NCBI GenBank assembly: GCA_016839585.1
Contig: JAEOTZ010000001.1
Coordinates: 3,076 to 67,075 of the forward strand
From: Promethearchaeota archaeon
GTDB lineage: Archaea > Asgardarchaeota > Lokiarchaeia > Sigyniarchaeales > SOKP01
Direction of reading: 5' to 3'
Length of the DNA stretch: 64,000 nt
The notes under the pieces are model-generated. The model searched no databases. It had not been told where the DNA came from and was given only the letters and a program-made list of their open reading frames with translations. Position 1 is the first letter of the stretch, and each line of letters opens with the position of its first letter. This document shows, in pieces, positions 33,419 to 42,389 of this stretch. The position numbers were made by a program, and so were the translations under genes.

Positions 33419-33468
33419 AAAATCATAGTTGAGAGGAAACTATCCCATAGCAAGGGTTTTCGGATTTT
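33419..33468 (+). promoter_or_regulatory. Structured 3'UTR element, candidate SECIS (unverified)
   Basis: A 6-bp closing stem (AAAATC 33419-33424 / GATTTT 33463-33468) encloses two hairpins. One is ATAGTT/AACTAT (33425-33443). The other is a 3x G-C helix, CCC/GGG (33444-33456), with a 7-nt loop. It starts 11 nt after the mvhD stop. Confidence 0.3.
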
Positions 33469-33505
33469 ATATAATTAAATATTTATTTATAAAAAAATAA
33501 CAATT

Positions 33506-34996
33506 ATGAGTTCTGAAGGAAAATTTTCATGGGATTTTTTAAAAACAGTAGCAGATAGTTTAGATTCATATAGGGTTAGAGCTCTTATAGACGCAAAAGA
33601 AGATATAATAAATGCAGGAGTTTATGATGAAACTCAATACTACAATATCTTATTTAAGATGTTCAATGTGGAACAATCAAAATTTACATTATTCCATTTT
33701 TTAAATTCTAATCAGAATTTAAACTTAACTTCAATTAAAAATTTTTCTGAACAGAACTCAATTGAACTTAGAAAGGCTTTAAGTTTATTAGAATTATTAA
33801 AAAATGAAAAAAGAGTAATAGTAGAAGAAATATATGAAAAAATTAAGGGAGATGAAAATTCTCCAGATAAATTAATTTTTAAAGATTTATCGATAAAGAT
33901 TGATGGATATAATGTTTCAAAAATCCAGTCTATTTATGAACCTGTAAAAGTAATATTTGATTCAAACATTTGCTCTGGTTGTAGTTTATGTGCAGGAATC
34001 TGCCCTGTAAATTGCCTTAACATTTATAATGGGTTCGGTAAAATCGAAGAAGATAAATGCATTCGATGTGGATTATGTTATTCTGTTTGCCCAAGATCTT
34101 TTTTACCTATGAATGTTCTAAATATGTATCAAGATAACTGCTCTGAATTTAAAGTTTATACCAACATTGGTCCGTATAAAGAAATCTATTCTGCTAGGAC
34201 AAAACTTACAGAAATTGCCAAAGTATGTCAAGATGGAGGAATTACTAGTACAGCTCTGTATTATCTATTTGATAAAAAAATGATTGATCTCGCTTTAGGA
34301 GCAAAAATAAGTCAAACAATATGGCGCCCTGAGCCGATATTACTAAAAAACAAAGAAGACATCCTATTAACTACAGGAACGAAATATGTAAATAATCCTA
34401 CATTAAAAGTGCTAAGCCAATTAAATAAGGATAATAAATCATTAGCAATTGTAGGAGTACCATGCATGATGCAAGCATTATTAAAATCAGAAATTTTTAA
34501 CATAAATATACCTTCTTTAAGTAATGTTAAATATAGGATTGGTATTTTTTGCATGGAATCCTTTTCTTATGAATCAATCTTAAAGATCTGTGAATTATTA
34601 AAAGTAAATATTAAAGATATTAGAAAAATGGATATTAACAAGGGTAAATTTTTTATTTACACAGTAAATGATGAATATAATATACCCATTAAAGAAATTT
34701 CTCATTTAGCCCGTCCAGATTGTGAAGTTTGTTATGACTTAACCTCTGAATCTGCTGATATTTCTATAGGATCTATAGGTTCTCCTTCTGGCTGGAATAC
34801 TGTAATAATTAGAACAGATAAAGGGAAAGAATTATATGATAGCTTAATTGCCAATAGTTTGATTGAATCAAAACCAATTGAAGATGTAAAACCTGGTTTG
34901 TCACTACTTCAAAAAGTAGCGGGGTCAAAAAAAAATAACTGCAAAAAACATGTTACTTCAAGATTAAACGAGAGCTTACGAATTCCTAATTACTAG
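33506..34996 (+). CDS. FrhB/FdhB-family (F420-hydrogenase/dehydrogenase beta-like) flavo-Fe-S protein with N-terminal extension and 2x[4Fe-4S]
   Basis: CSGCSLCAGICP and CIRCGLCYSVCP, then QDGGITSTALYYL, VGVPCMMQAL, IGIFCMESF and CEVCYDLT, which are typical of FrhB_N/FrhB_C. Confidence 0.75.
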   Translation: MSSEGKFSWDFLKTVADSLDSYRVRALIDAKEDIINAGVYDETQYYNILFKMFNVEQSKFTLFHFLNSNQNLNLTSIKNFSEQNSIELRKALSLLELLKNEKRVIVEEIYEKIKGDENSPDKLIFKDLSIKIDGYNVSKIQSIYEPVKVIFDSNICSGCSLCAGICPVNCLNIYNGFGKIEEDKCIRCGLCYSVCPRSFLPMNVLNMYQDNCSEFKVYTNIGPYKEIYSARTKLTEIAKVCQDGGITSTALYYLFDKKMIDLALGAKISQTIWRPEPILLKNKEDILLTTGTKYVNNPTLKVLSQLNKDNKSLAIVGVPCMMQALLKSEIFNINIPSLSNVKYRIGIFCMESFSYESILKICELLKVNIKDIRKMDINKGKFFIYTVNDEYNIPIKEISHLARPDCEVCYDLTSESADISIGSIGSPSGWNTVIIRTDKGKELYDSLIANSLIESKPIEDVKPGLSLLQKVAGSKKNNCKKHVTSRLNESLRIPNY

Positions 34997-35111
34997 ATTT
35001 TTTGCATAGGATAAATCCCGCTAATTTCTATGTTCTTCATGGCTGCAACCATAAAATTAATATTAAATTTGACATTTAAAATTATATTATTCAAAAATTT
35101 ATCGATTTGAA

Positions 35112-35606
35112 ATGAGTTCATTATCACCGATAAGACCAAAAAACTTTAGAGAAAAAGTATTCTTTCGTAAACTTCGATCTCAAGTGGATGGTAACGCAAA
35201 AGTAGAATATGGGTTAACTCAGATTAAAGGAATTGGAAGAAGACTTGCTCAAGCATTAATTAGAGTAACAGATATTAACCCTAATATGAGAATTGGAGCT
35301 CTTCCTGAAAAGGAGCTTAACAGAATTGAAGAAATAATATTAAACCCTGTCGAAAATGGAATCCCAAATTGGATGGTAAATCGAATGAAAGATTTAAGAG
35401 ATGGAACAGACAAACATGTAATCGGAAGTCAATTAGAAATCAGCGTTAAAAGAGACATAGACAGAATGAAAAGGATGAAAAGCTATAAAGGAGTAAGACA
35501 TCACTTAAAATTAAAAGTAAGAGGACAAAAAACTAAAAGCACTGGAAGACATGGTTTAGTAGTCGGAGTTCTAAGAAGGAAAAAGAGATTTCAACAAAAA
35601 GATTAG
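35112..35606 (+). CDS. rps13: 30S ribosomal protein uS13
   Basis: LTQIKGIGRRLAQALI and the KSYKGVRH...RGQKTKSTGR motifs. Confidence 0.9.
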   Translation: MSSLSPIRPKNFREKVFFRKLRSQVDGNAKVEYGLTQIKGIGRRLAQALIRVTDINPNMRIGALPEKELNRIEEIILNPVENGIPNWMVNRMKDLRDGTDKHVIGSQLEISVKRDIDRMKRMKSYKGVRHHLKLKVRGQKTKSTGRHGLVVGVLRRKKRFQQKD

Positions 35607-35616
35607 GGGAAAAGTA

Positions 35617-36144
35617 ATGGGAGATCCAAGACGTCTGAAAAAAAAATATAAAAAGCCTAAACACCCATTTCAAAAAGATAGAATGATGGAAGAACTGGAA
35701 TTTCTGGGAAAATACGGACTTAGAAATAAAAGAGAATATTGGAAATCACGAACTATCCTTGGAAATTGGCGAAATATTGCTCGACAATCTCGAACCTTAT
35801 CAAAAGAAAGAGCTTTAGAAGCACAACAAACTCTAATTCGTAAACTAGATCGATTAGGTGTTATTGGATCAGAAGCAGAATTTGAAGATATCCTCCTCCT
35901 TACAGTAGAAGATGTTCTTAAAAGAAGGTTACAAACATTAACCTATGAAAAAGGACTTGCAAGTACAATCTATCAAGCACGACAATTTATTACTCATGGA
36001 CACATCCAAGTCGCTGGCAAAAAAATAAACGCACCTTCTTATCTCGTAAAAAGAGCCGAAGAAGATTTAATCGGATTCGCTCCAAATAGCCCCCTTTCAG
36101 AAGTAAAAACAAATACAAAACCAAAAGCAAAAGAAAAAAGTTAA
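35617..36144 (+). CDS. rps4: 30S ribosomal protein uS4
   Basis: MGDPRRLKKKY opening, YGLRNKREYW, and the S4 RNA-binding domain (RRLQTLTYEKGLASTIYQARQFITHGHI). Confidence 0.9.
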   Translation: MGDPRRLKKKYKKPKHPFQKDRMMEELEFLGKYGLRNKREYWKSRTILGNWRNIARQSRTLSKERALEAQQTLIRKLDRLGVIGSEAEFEDILLLTVEDVLKRRLQTLTYEKGLASTIYQARQFITHGHIQVAGKKINAPSYLVKRAEEDLIGFAPNSPLSEVKTNTKPKAKEKS

Positions 36145-36174
36145 GTAAGTAGAAAAAAGATAAGTAGTAAAAAC

Positions 36175-36258
36175 ATGAAAAGAGTAATCGTTCACTTTTA
36201 CTCCTAATAGCCCCCTCTCAAAACAAAAAGAAACTACAACTAAATATAAGGAATACTA
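36175..36258 (+). pseudogene. Duplicated, diverged rps4 3'-end fragment
   Basis: The 27-codon ORF MKRVIVHFTPNSPLSKQKETTTKYKEY parallels the S4 C-terminus KRAEEDLIGFAPNSPLSEVKTNTKPKAKEKS. The nucleotide core at 36201-36220 matches 36080-36099 at 18/20. Confidence 0.6.
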
Positions 36259-36446
36259 GACCTTACTTAGTATAGATCTTGCTTTTCTAAATTCTGATCT
36301 TCTTAAATTGAAGTAAGAAAACAACAATAAAAAACCAAACAATTAATCTTTGTTCCGTTTCTAAAAAAATCCCAAATTCCATTAATCCTTTTTTTAAAAA
36401 TTGGATCAATAAAAAAAAAAAATTATTTTAATTTGATACTTTTGAA

Positions 36447-38714
36447 TTAGGTACTCCCACTTATACGTTTCCTTCTAAGCAACAGACCTATTATAACTCC
36501 AGCTACTCCTATTCCAGCTGCGATTGATGTGCCTGTTATAATGACCATTGTATTATCTCCATTACCGCCATTCCTGCTTACATCCATAGTAATAACCGTT
36601 AAATCAGCCTGCATTGAATTATCATTTTCCGAATTTGGCCTTAATGAGCCATCTTTTGAACTATAAGTTTCATCTATGCTATTATAAGGATCAACAGTTA
36701 AACTTAAGGTAAATGTTCCCGTTTGTCCAATTGGGGGACAGCTAACAGCAATATACTCTGTTTCATCAACATCAAGAGTTAGTGTTGAAAAGGTATTATC
36801 ATATAAGGTTAAATCAAGTTCTTCACATCTTACGATGATAATAACTCCATGCGCTTTCCAAATACCATTATTCGTTATCGAAAAATCAATAATAAAAGAT
36901 GTTTTGTTATATGCAATTACTGAGGACAAATGCGAAACTTTCAAATTTGGCATAGGGTACCATGAAGCGTCAAGAGCATTTGTACCATAACTAGCCTCAT
37001 CAGAATCACTGAAAGTATCACCATCAGTATCCCATCCCAGATACATAAGGGGCTTTGTATCATATTTATCAACTGGAAAGGAATGAGGAGTATCCCCTAT
37101 ACCATCCATTGGGAGAAGATCGTATCCAGAATAATTATCCCAATAATTCCCAAATATTCCATTGTCCCATTGATTATTTCCCTCATCTCTAACATGATAA
37201 ACATTTCCAATAAAACTATTTAAGTAAAAGAGATTTCCATCATGAGTACTACCTGAAAGGACTCCATATTGATTGTTGTAATATATGGCATTTCCTATGA
37301 TTATATTCTTATCGCAATTCTCTCTTAACCTTAATCCGGCTTCACCGTTATTATATAGAATGTTCCCCGAGACTGTGTTCTCATGGCATATATCCCGTAA
37401 AAGTATCCCGTCCTCACCATTGTCGTTTGCGGTGTTTCCCGAGATGATGTTATAGTTGCAATTATCACGTAGTCGTATTCCATGAACTCTACTATTGGTT
37501 ACGGTATTGCCCGATATAGTGTTGTTATTGCAATTAGTATAAAAAAGTATCCCGTGATCATTACTATTGGTTACAGCGTTTCCCGAGATGGTGTTGTTAA
37601 CGCAAGAATTTACTAAATCTATCCCATTATCTAAATTGTTGTCTACGACGTTTCCCGAGATGGTGTTATTAACACAATTATTTTCTAAATATATCCCGTT
37701 CCCATGATTGCTGTCTACGCTGTTTCCCGAGATGGTGTTGTCGTCACAATAATACCATACATATATCCCATGAATAATATTGTTGTTTGCGGTGTTTCCC
37801 GAAACGATGTTGTTATGAGTATTATCTTGCAGGAATATCCCACACCCATTGTTATTTGCGGTGTTTCCCGAGATGGTGTTGCCACCGCATTGATTAGCTA
37901 GATATATCCCATTTGCATTGTTATTTACAGTGTTTCCTGAGATCGTATTTTTATCACAATTAGTGAAAAATATTATCCCGTTGCTCTCACTGTCTACGAT
38001 GTTTCCCGAGATGGTGTTATTATCAGAATTATCATATATACTCATCCCATATAAATTATCATTTACGGTGTTTCCTGAAATGATGTTATTGTCACATCCG
38101 TACCTAAATCTTATCCCAGCTTCTGTATTATCGTTTATGGTGTTTTCTAAGATAGAGTTATAGATGCAGCTAATATAAAGACGTATCCCATGATTTGCAT
38201 TATTGTTTGCGGTGTTTCCCGAGAGAGTGTTATTTTCGCAATTTGAATGTAAACTAATCCCCATACCATTGTTATTTGAACAATTATTATTTGTTAAGGT
38301 TCCATTATTTGTGTTTTCCAATTTGATTCCTGCGTCTGAGCTCCCAGTACCCGCATTGTAAGCCGTGCAATTTGTGATGATAAAATACTCATTTTTGGAA
38401 TTATTTATGAAAATTCCACTTCCCGTAGGCGAAGTACTTGCGTCAATAATAACGTCCTCAATTGTGTAGGGATTACCCCACGAACCATCACCGCTACACC
38501 AAGCATAGGTAGTTGCTGTATCTGACCAATTACCATCAATATGTATAAAATTCGTTGTCCAGTAACCTGAGCTTTTTGGACTTTTTAAATTCGTCTCGTC
38601 TCGAATCTCTATAGTATAATTAAAGCTGCTAACGGCTGTAATCGCAAAAAAAATTCCTAAAATTATTAATACATTTATTTTTTTCCTATTAGATTTCATT
38701 CTTTTTTCTACCAA
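36447..38714 (-). CDS. Right-handed parallel beta-helix repeat (PbH1/NosD-like) surface protein with N-terminal signal/TM and C-terminal TM anchor
   Basis: About 15 tandem units of roughly 23 aa (NNTISGNT.NNN..GI.L). N-terminal INVLIILGIFFAITAVSS; C-terminal IAAGIGVAGVIIGLLLRRKR. Confidence 0.75.
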   Translation of the reverse strand: MVEKRMKSNRKKINVLIILGIFFAITAVSSFNYTIEIRDETNLKSPKSSGYWTTNFIHIDGNWSDTATTYAWCSGDGSWGNPYTIEDVIIDASTSPTGSGIFINNSKNEYFIITNCTAYNAGTGSSDAGIKLENTNNGTLTNNNCSNNNGMGISLHSNCENNTLSGNTANNNANHGIRLYISCIYNSILENTINDNTEAGIRFRYGCDNNIISGNTVNDNLYGMSIYDNSDNNTISGNIVDSESNGIIFFTNCDKNTISGNTVNNNANGIYLANQCGGNTISGNTANNNGCGIFLQDNTHNNIVSGNTANNNIIHGIYVWYYCDDNTISGNSVDSNHGNGIYLENNCVNNTISGNVVDNNLDNGIDLVNSCVNNTISGNAVTNSNDHGILFYTNCNNNTISGNTVTNSRVHGIRLRDNCNYNIISGNTANDNGEDGILLRDICHENTVSGNILYNNGEAGLRLRENCDKNIIIGNAIYYNNQYGVLSGSTHDGNLFYLNSFIGNVYHVRDEGNNQWDNGIFGNYWDNYSGYDLLPMDGIGDTPHSFPVDKYDTKPLMYLGWDTDGDTFSDSDEASYGTNALDASWYPMPNLKVSHLSSVIAYNKTSFIIDFSITNNGIWKAHGVIIIVRCEELDLTLYDNTFSTLTLDVDETEYIAVSCPPIGQTGTFTLSLTVDPYNSIDETYSSKDGSLRPNSENDNSMQADLTVITMDVSRNGGNGDNTMVIITGTSIAAGIGVAGVIIGLLLRRKRISGST
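37280..38290 (-). repeat. Coding tandem repeat, about 69-bp period (beta-helix coils)
   Basis: The recurrent plus-strand motif GTTTCCCGAGATGGTGTT occurs near 37433, 37575, 37645, 37724, 37795, 37864, 37934, 38002, 38068 and 38214. Coordinates are approximate. Confidence 0.7.
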
Positions 38715-39011
38715 AAACTAATTTTGGCTTATAATTAAAATTAACATTATTGTATTTAATATCTTTGTATATAATTCTTTCAAATTTCTAAGATGAAAAT
38801 AACCTACCTTTTGATTTTGGAAGTGAATAGTATGGAAACGAATGGATAGACCGTTTAATTCTCTAAATTAAAAACTTAAATAAGCTAAATATCTCAATAC
38901 TTAGAAATAAGAACTTAAGAGTAAATAATCAAAAAATTAATATTCTCTGAATTATTTATAAATCCATTATAAAAAATCATCGATAAATAACTCTCTAAGT
39001 GAGTACAAAAG

Positions 39012-39407
39012 ATGAGTAGCAAAGATATGAAATGGGCAATTATTCACATCTTTTCGAGTTATAATAATACCATCGTGACTGCTACAGACCTTAGCGGAGC
39101 AGAAACCTTCGCAAAATGCTCTGGTGGCATGGTAGTAAAAGCTGACCGTGATGAAAGCAATCCCTACGCCGCAATGCAGTGCGGTTTCCGGGTCGCTAAT
39201 GAGCTCAAAGATAAAGGTGTTAGAGGGATACATATCAAAGTAAGAGCCCCCGGTGGTAATAAATCGCAAACTCCCGGTCCAGGTGCTCAAGCATGCATCC
39301 GTGCCCTCGCACGCTCCGGTCTACAAGTTGGAAGGATTGAAGAAGTTACACCTAAGTCGCATGACCACTGTAGAAGGAAGGGGGGCCATCGTGGTCGCCG
39401 TGTATAA
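39012..39407 (+). CDS. rps11: 30S ribosomal protein uS11
   Basis: [45 protein letters not shown] and the ...[11 protein letters not shown] tail. The antisense ORF 38967..39290 is spurious. Confidence 0.9.
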   Translation: MSSKDMKWAIIHIFSSYNNTIVTATDLSGAETFAKCSGGMVVKADRDESNPYAAMQCGFRVANELKDKGVRGIHIKVRAPGGNKSQTPGPGAQACIRALARSGLQVGRIEEVTPKSHDHCRRKGGHRGRRV

Positions 39408-39448
39408 AAATCTCTGAGGAGATTATCTCTTTTAAAGATCTAGCGAAT

Positions 39449-39952
39449 CTATTCATTTGAATTTGATCTTTCTTTATTAGAGAACCTTTTAGTAAATTTT
39501 TCTTTCTGTTCATAATACCAATTTATATAATCATGCTGTCTTCTGTCTTCTTCACTTCCATGGGAAGGATACCAGATAAGATCTTTTTCTTGACACTCAA
39601 TACAATACCACGTCTCATGGAGGGGGATATATACCATATCTCTATCACTATGCGTGCATAGAGGGCACACACAAATAGATTTACTTAATGCACTGCGGAG
39701 CGAATGTTTTGTTCCTTCTAAATAGAACACTTCTTTCCGTTCTTCTGGAGTTAAATCTAGAATTGCACCGTATAGGCTAGAAAAAGTACTTAAAATATTA
39801 ATCTCATCATAAACAGCTCTTATTATAATTTCTCTAAGGTTATTTCTTATCTTTTTAAGTTGTTCATTGCGTATAATGACTCTTCGCTCATCTTTCATAA
39901 TTATAGTAAACCTATAGAAAAAAAAATATTTAAATAATGGGTCTTTGCTCAT
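39449..39952 (-). CDS. Hypothetical Cys-rich (zinc-finger-like) protein
   Basis: CVCPLC...H and WYCIEC motifs. The true start may be the internal MKDERR. Confidence 0.35.
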   Translation of the reverse strand: MSKDPLFKYFFFYRFTIIMKDERRVIIRNEQLKKIRNNLREIIIRAVYDEINILSTFSSLYGAILDLTPEERKEVFYLEGTKHSLRSALSKSICVCPLCTHSDRDMVYIPLHETWYCIECQEKDLIWYPSHGSEEDRRQHDYINWYYEQKEKFTKRFSNKERSNSNE

Positions 39953-39991
39953 CCTTTAAAATTAGAGAAAAGGTATGAAAAAAAAAAAAAT

Positions 39992-41593
39992 TTAAATAAT
40001 GGATAAATAACCACTATTTAATAGTTGATGCGTTCCCAAAAAGAGTCTATTTAAGATGTAAGAGTTTAAAATTGGTGCTGGTCTTCCTTTATTAATCCAT
40101 TCTTGGATTATATTTCTTATTTCTTGTTCTATATGACTCTCGGGAACATTTTTGAAGAACCTATCGATTACATAGTTGTTTCCGTCTTCATCAGTGAAAT
40201 ATTTGTTAATGAAATTAGCTATCCCATATTCAATCAAGAAATTCCGTCGTTTAAGATACTCCTGCCAATTATCTTCCCAATCTTTTACGTTGCATTTATA
40301 GTATTGAGGACATTCTAGACCAAAATTTAATCTATGTTGAATTAAATCTAAAATTAAATCTGTTTTTCCTTCAAGTTTACTATGATTCATATGCATAACA
40401 AGGGCTAATCTATTTACATCGATTGTGAGTTTATCATTAATAAAAATGTGATGTCTTTCAAAAGTAAAGGATTCCATAATGCTTGTTTTTTTGAAAGCTT
40501 CGGGTTCAATGGGATCAAGGTTTAGAACATTAAGACCTAAATCACGGATGATAAGCATTACTACATGAAACTTTATAGTATTAAAAACATACCAACTCGG
40601 ATGATAAACTCTAGGTAAAGTTGGATATAGATTTCGTTGTTCTATATACTTCCATACTTGCTCAAAAGTTTCTATATATTCTTCACTAGGTAATAGTGAA
40701 ATCAATTCTTTTAATAGATGCATCATACCATCCCATGAATATTCCCAACCTTTATTCAGTCTTCCAAATGTGTCATATTTTAACATTTTTTGAGCATGTT
40801 TTAAGAGGACTGGACCTTTCTTAGCTTTGGATAAGGCGAACCATATGTATAAGGTTAAATCATATTCAGGTTTAAAATAAGTAGTTCCTATATCATGTTT
40901 ATCACTGATGTATTTCTCATCAAAGGGGTTGCTAAATATAAAGTCTTCTATTAATTTTTTCACTTTACTTTTTATATTATCTAATGATTGTTGATCGACT
41001 TTCTTGATATCTCTAACTTTTTGAATAAAATCCTGGATAGTTAAAAAATGAATTTTGTACATAAAGCTGAAGAGTGTAGATTTAGTAAATCTACGGAATT
41101 CGAAATCACCTTTAATATGAGAATCTTTCAATGTTCTAGCTCTTTTAAAAAGAATCCTTGATAGATCAGTGTCGAAAACTCTAATATTGGGGAAATATCC
41201 TTTAATAATATCTTTTATATCATCAAAGAATTTTCTTTTAATGCTTTTTTCGACTGTAGATGAGTGAGAAGGCAAGTTTGTTTCGGTAGGAAAAGCGATG
41301 TTATAAAGATTTTGAAATTTGTTTTCAATTGTATTCCAAGAATCGATTAATAGATCTTTGTATCTCTCTGACAATCTAATATATAAATCATCAAAAGTTT
41401 TTTTCACTGGATAATGCGTTTTTAGTGAATTCTTTTTATCCTTTATCCAATTATAAGTGAAGCCAAGTTTGTTTGACAGTTCCATGTATGAGGGTCTTTC
41501 GAGAATGCGTTTTTGGAACATGATTTCTTTTAGATGGTCAACGAGTTCTATGTAAGCGTTTCTAATTTCGGGCAAATTTACTTGTTTGCTCAT
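39992..41593 (-). CDS. Hypothetical 533-aa protein
   Basis: Long clean ORF. Only a weak His-rich stretch (FERHHIF...HMNHSKLEG) was noted, and no family is assigned. Confidence 0.4.
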   Translation of the reverse strand: MSKQVNLPEIRNAYIELVDHLKEIMFQKRILERPSYMELSNKLGFTYNWIKDKKNSLKTHYPVKKTFDDLYIRLSERYKDLLIDSWNTIENKFQNLYNIAFPTETNLPSHSSTVEKSIKRKFFDDIKDIIKGYFPNIRVFDTDLSRILFKRARTLKDSHIKGDFEFRRFTKSTLFSFMYKIHFLTIQDFIQKVRDIKKVDQQSLDNIKSKVKKLIEDFIFSNPFDEKYISDKHDIGTTYFKPEYDLTLYIWFALSKAKKGPVLLKHAQKMLKYDTFGRLNKGWEYSWDGMMHLLKELISLLPSEEYIETFEQVWKYIEQRNLYPTLPRVYHPSWYVFNTIKFHVVMLIIRDLGLNVLNLDPIEPEAFKKTSIMESFTFERHHIFINDKLTIDVNRLALVMHMNHSKLEGKTDLILDLIQHRLNFGLECPQYYKCNVKDWEDNWQEYLKRRNFLIEYGIANFINKYFTDEDGNNYVIDRFFKNVPESHIEQEIRNIIQEWINKGRPAPILNSYILNRLFLGTHQLLNSGYLSII

Positions 41594-41898
41594 TTTATTA
41601 TCAACGTTTTTATTTTTTTTTCCATCCTTTGGGTTTTATCAGTCGCTATAATCGCGCAGACTGATGGGTAAGATTACAATAACGCGCAATCTTATAAAAT
41701 TAATATCAAAGTTTAATATATATATGTATTCCTCGAATAGACTGCTCTGTGAAGTTTAAATACTATTAAACTAGTTCATATTTAATTAAACCTCACTTTT
41801 CGTGTACACTTTTTAAATTTAGAAATCTTAGGTTTCGCTCGTTTTTATTACAAACAAGAAAAAGTGTAGTTTAAAAACTTTTAAACTGAAAAGTTATT

Positions 41899-42288
41899 GT
41901 GCTGTCAAAAAAGGAAATGAAGCAATTCTATCCTCATCTTATCTCGCGGATACTGTTATTTCTACGGCAACAGCGACATGTTAAAGGGGAGGTGCTTACA
42001 GAAGATCTTATTAAGAAGTTTAATAAATCGAAGAGTAGAATTTCTCAAGCTCTTTCTTTTTTAGCAAGTAAAGAATATATTGAGAGAAATTATGTTAATA
42101 ATTTTAATAATCAAGGATCCCGTCATAAGATTTCCCTTACTCCCAAGGGTTTAGAGATTACTGAAGCTATTCTAATGGAGGGATTAGATCCACTCGAGAA
42201 AAAGGTCATTGAAGCATTAAAAAACCGTTCTAATTATTTATGTAAAAATAAGGTGACTCCTACCGGGAACTCCCTACCTACGAGTTAA
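41899..42288 (+). CDS. Winged-helix (MarR/PadR-like) DNA-binding protein
   Basis: FNKSKSRISQALSFLASKEYIER looks like an HTH recognition helix followed by a wing. GTG start. Confidence 0.45.
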   Translation: MLSKKEMKQFYPHLISRILLFLRQQRHVKGEVLTEDLIKKFNKSKSRISQALSFLASKEYIERNYVNNFNNQGSRHKISLTPKGLEITEAILMEGLDPLEKKVIEALKNRSNYLCKNKVTPTGNSLPTS

Positions 42289-42389
42289 AATTATTATTAT
42301 TAATATTCATTTTTAAATTGGAATATTTCTTTTCAAGAATTTCTATAGTAGTGCCTTGGTTTTGTATTAGCTAATAGAAATTATTTATA

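Noticed and set aside
37280-38290. A regular repeat of about 69 bp that could be mistaken for a CRISPR-like or satellite array
   Set aside because: The periodicity lies entirely within one long ORF and corresponds to 23-aa beta-helix coils (NNTISGNT...). There are no unique spacers and no repeat-spacer architecture.
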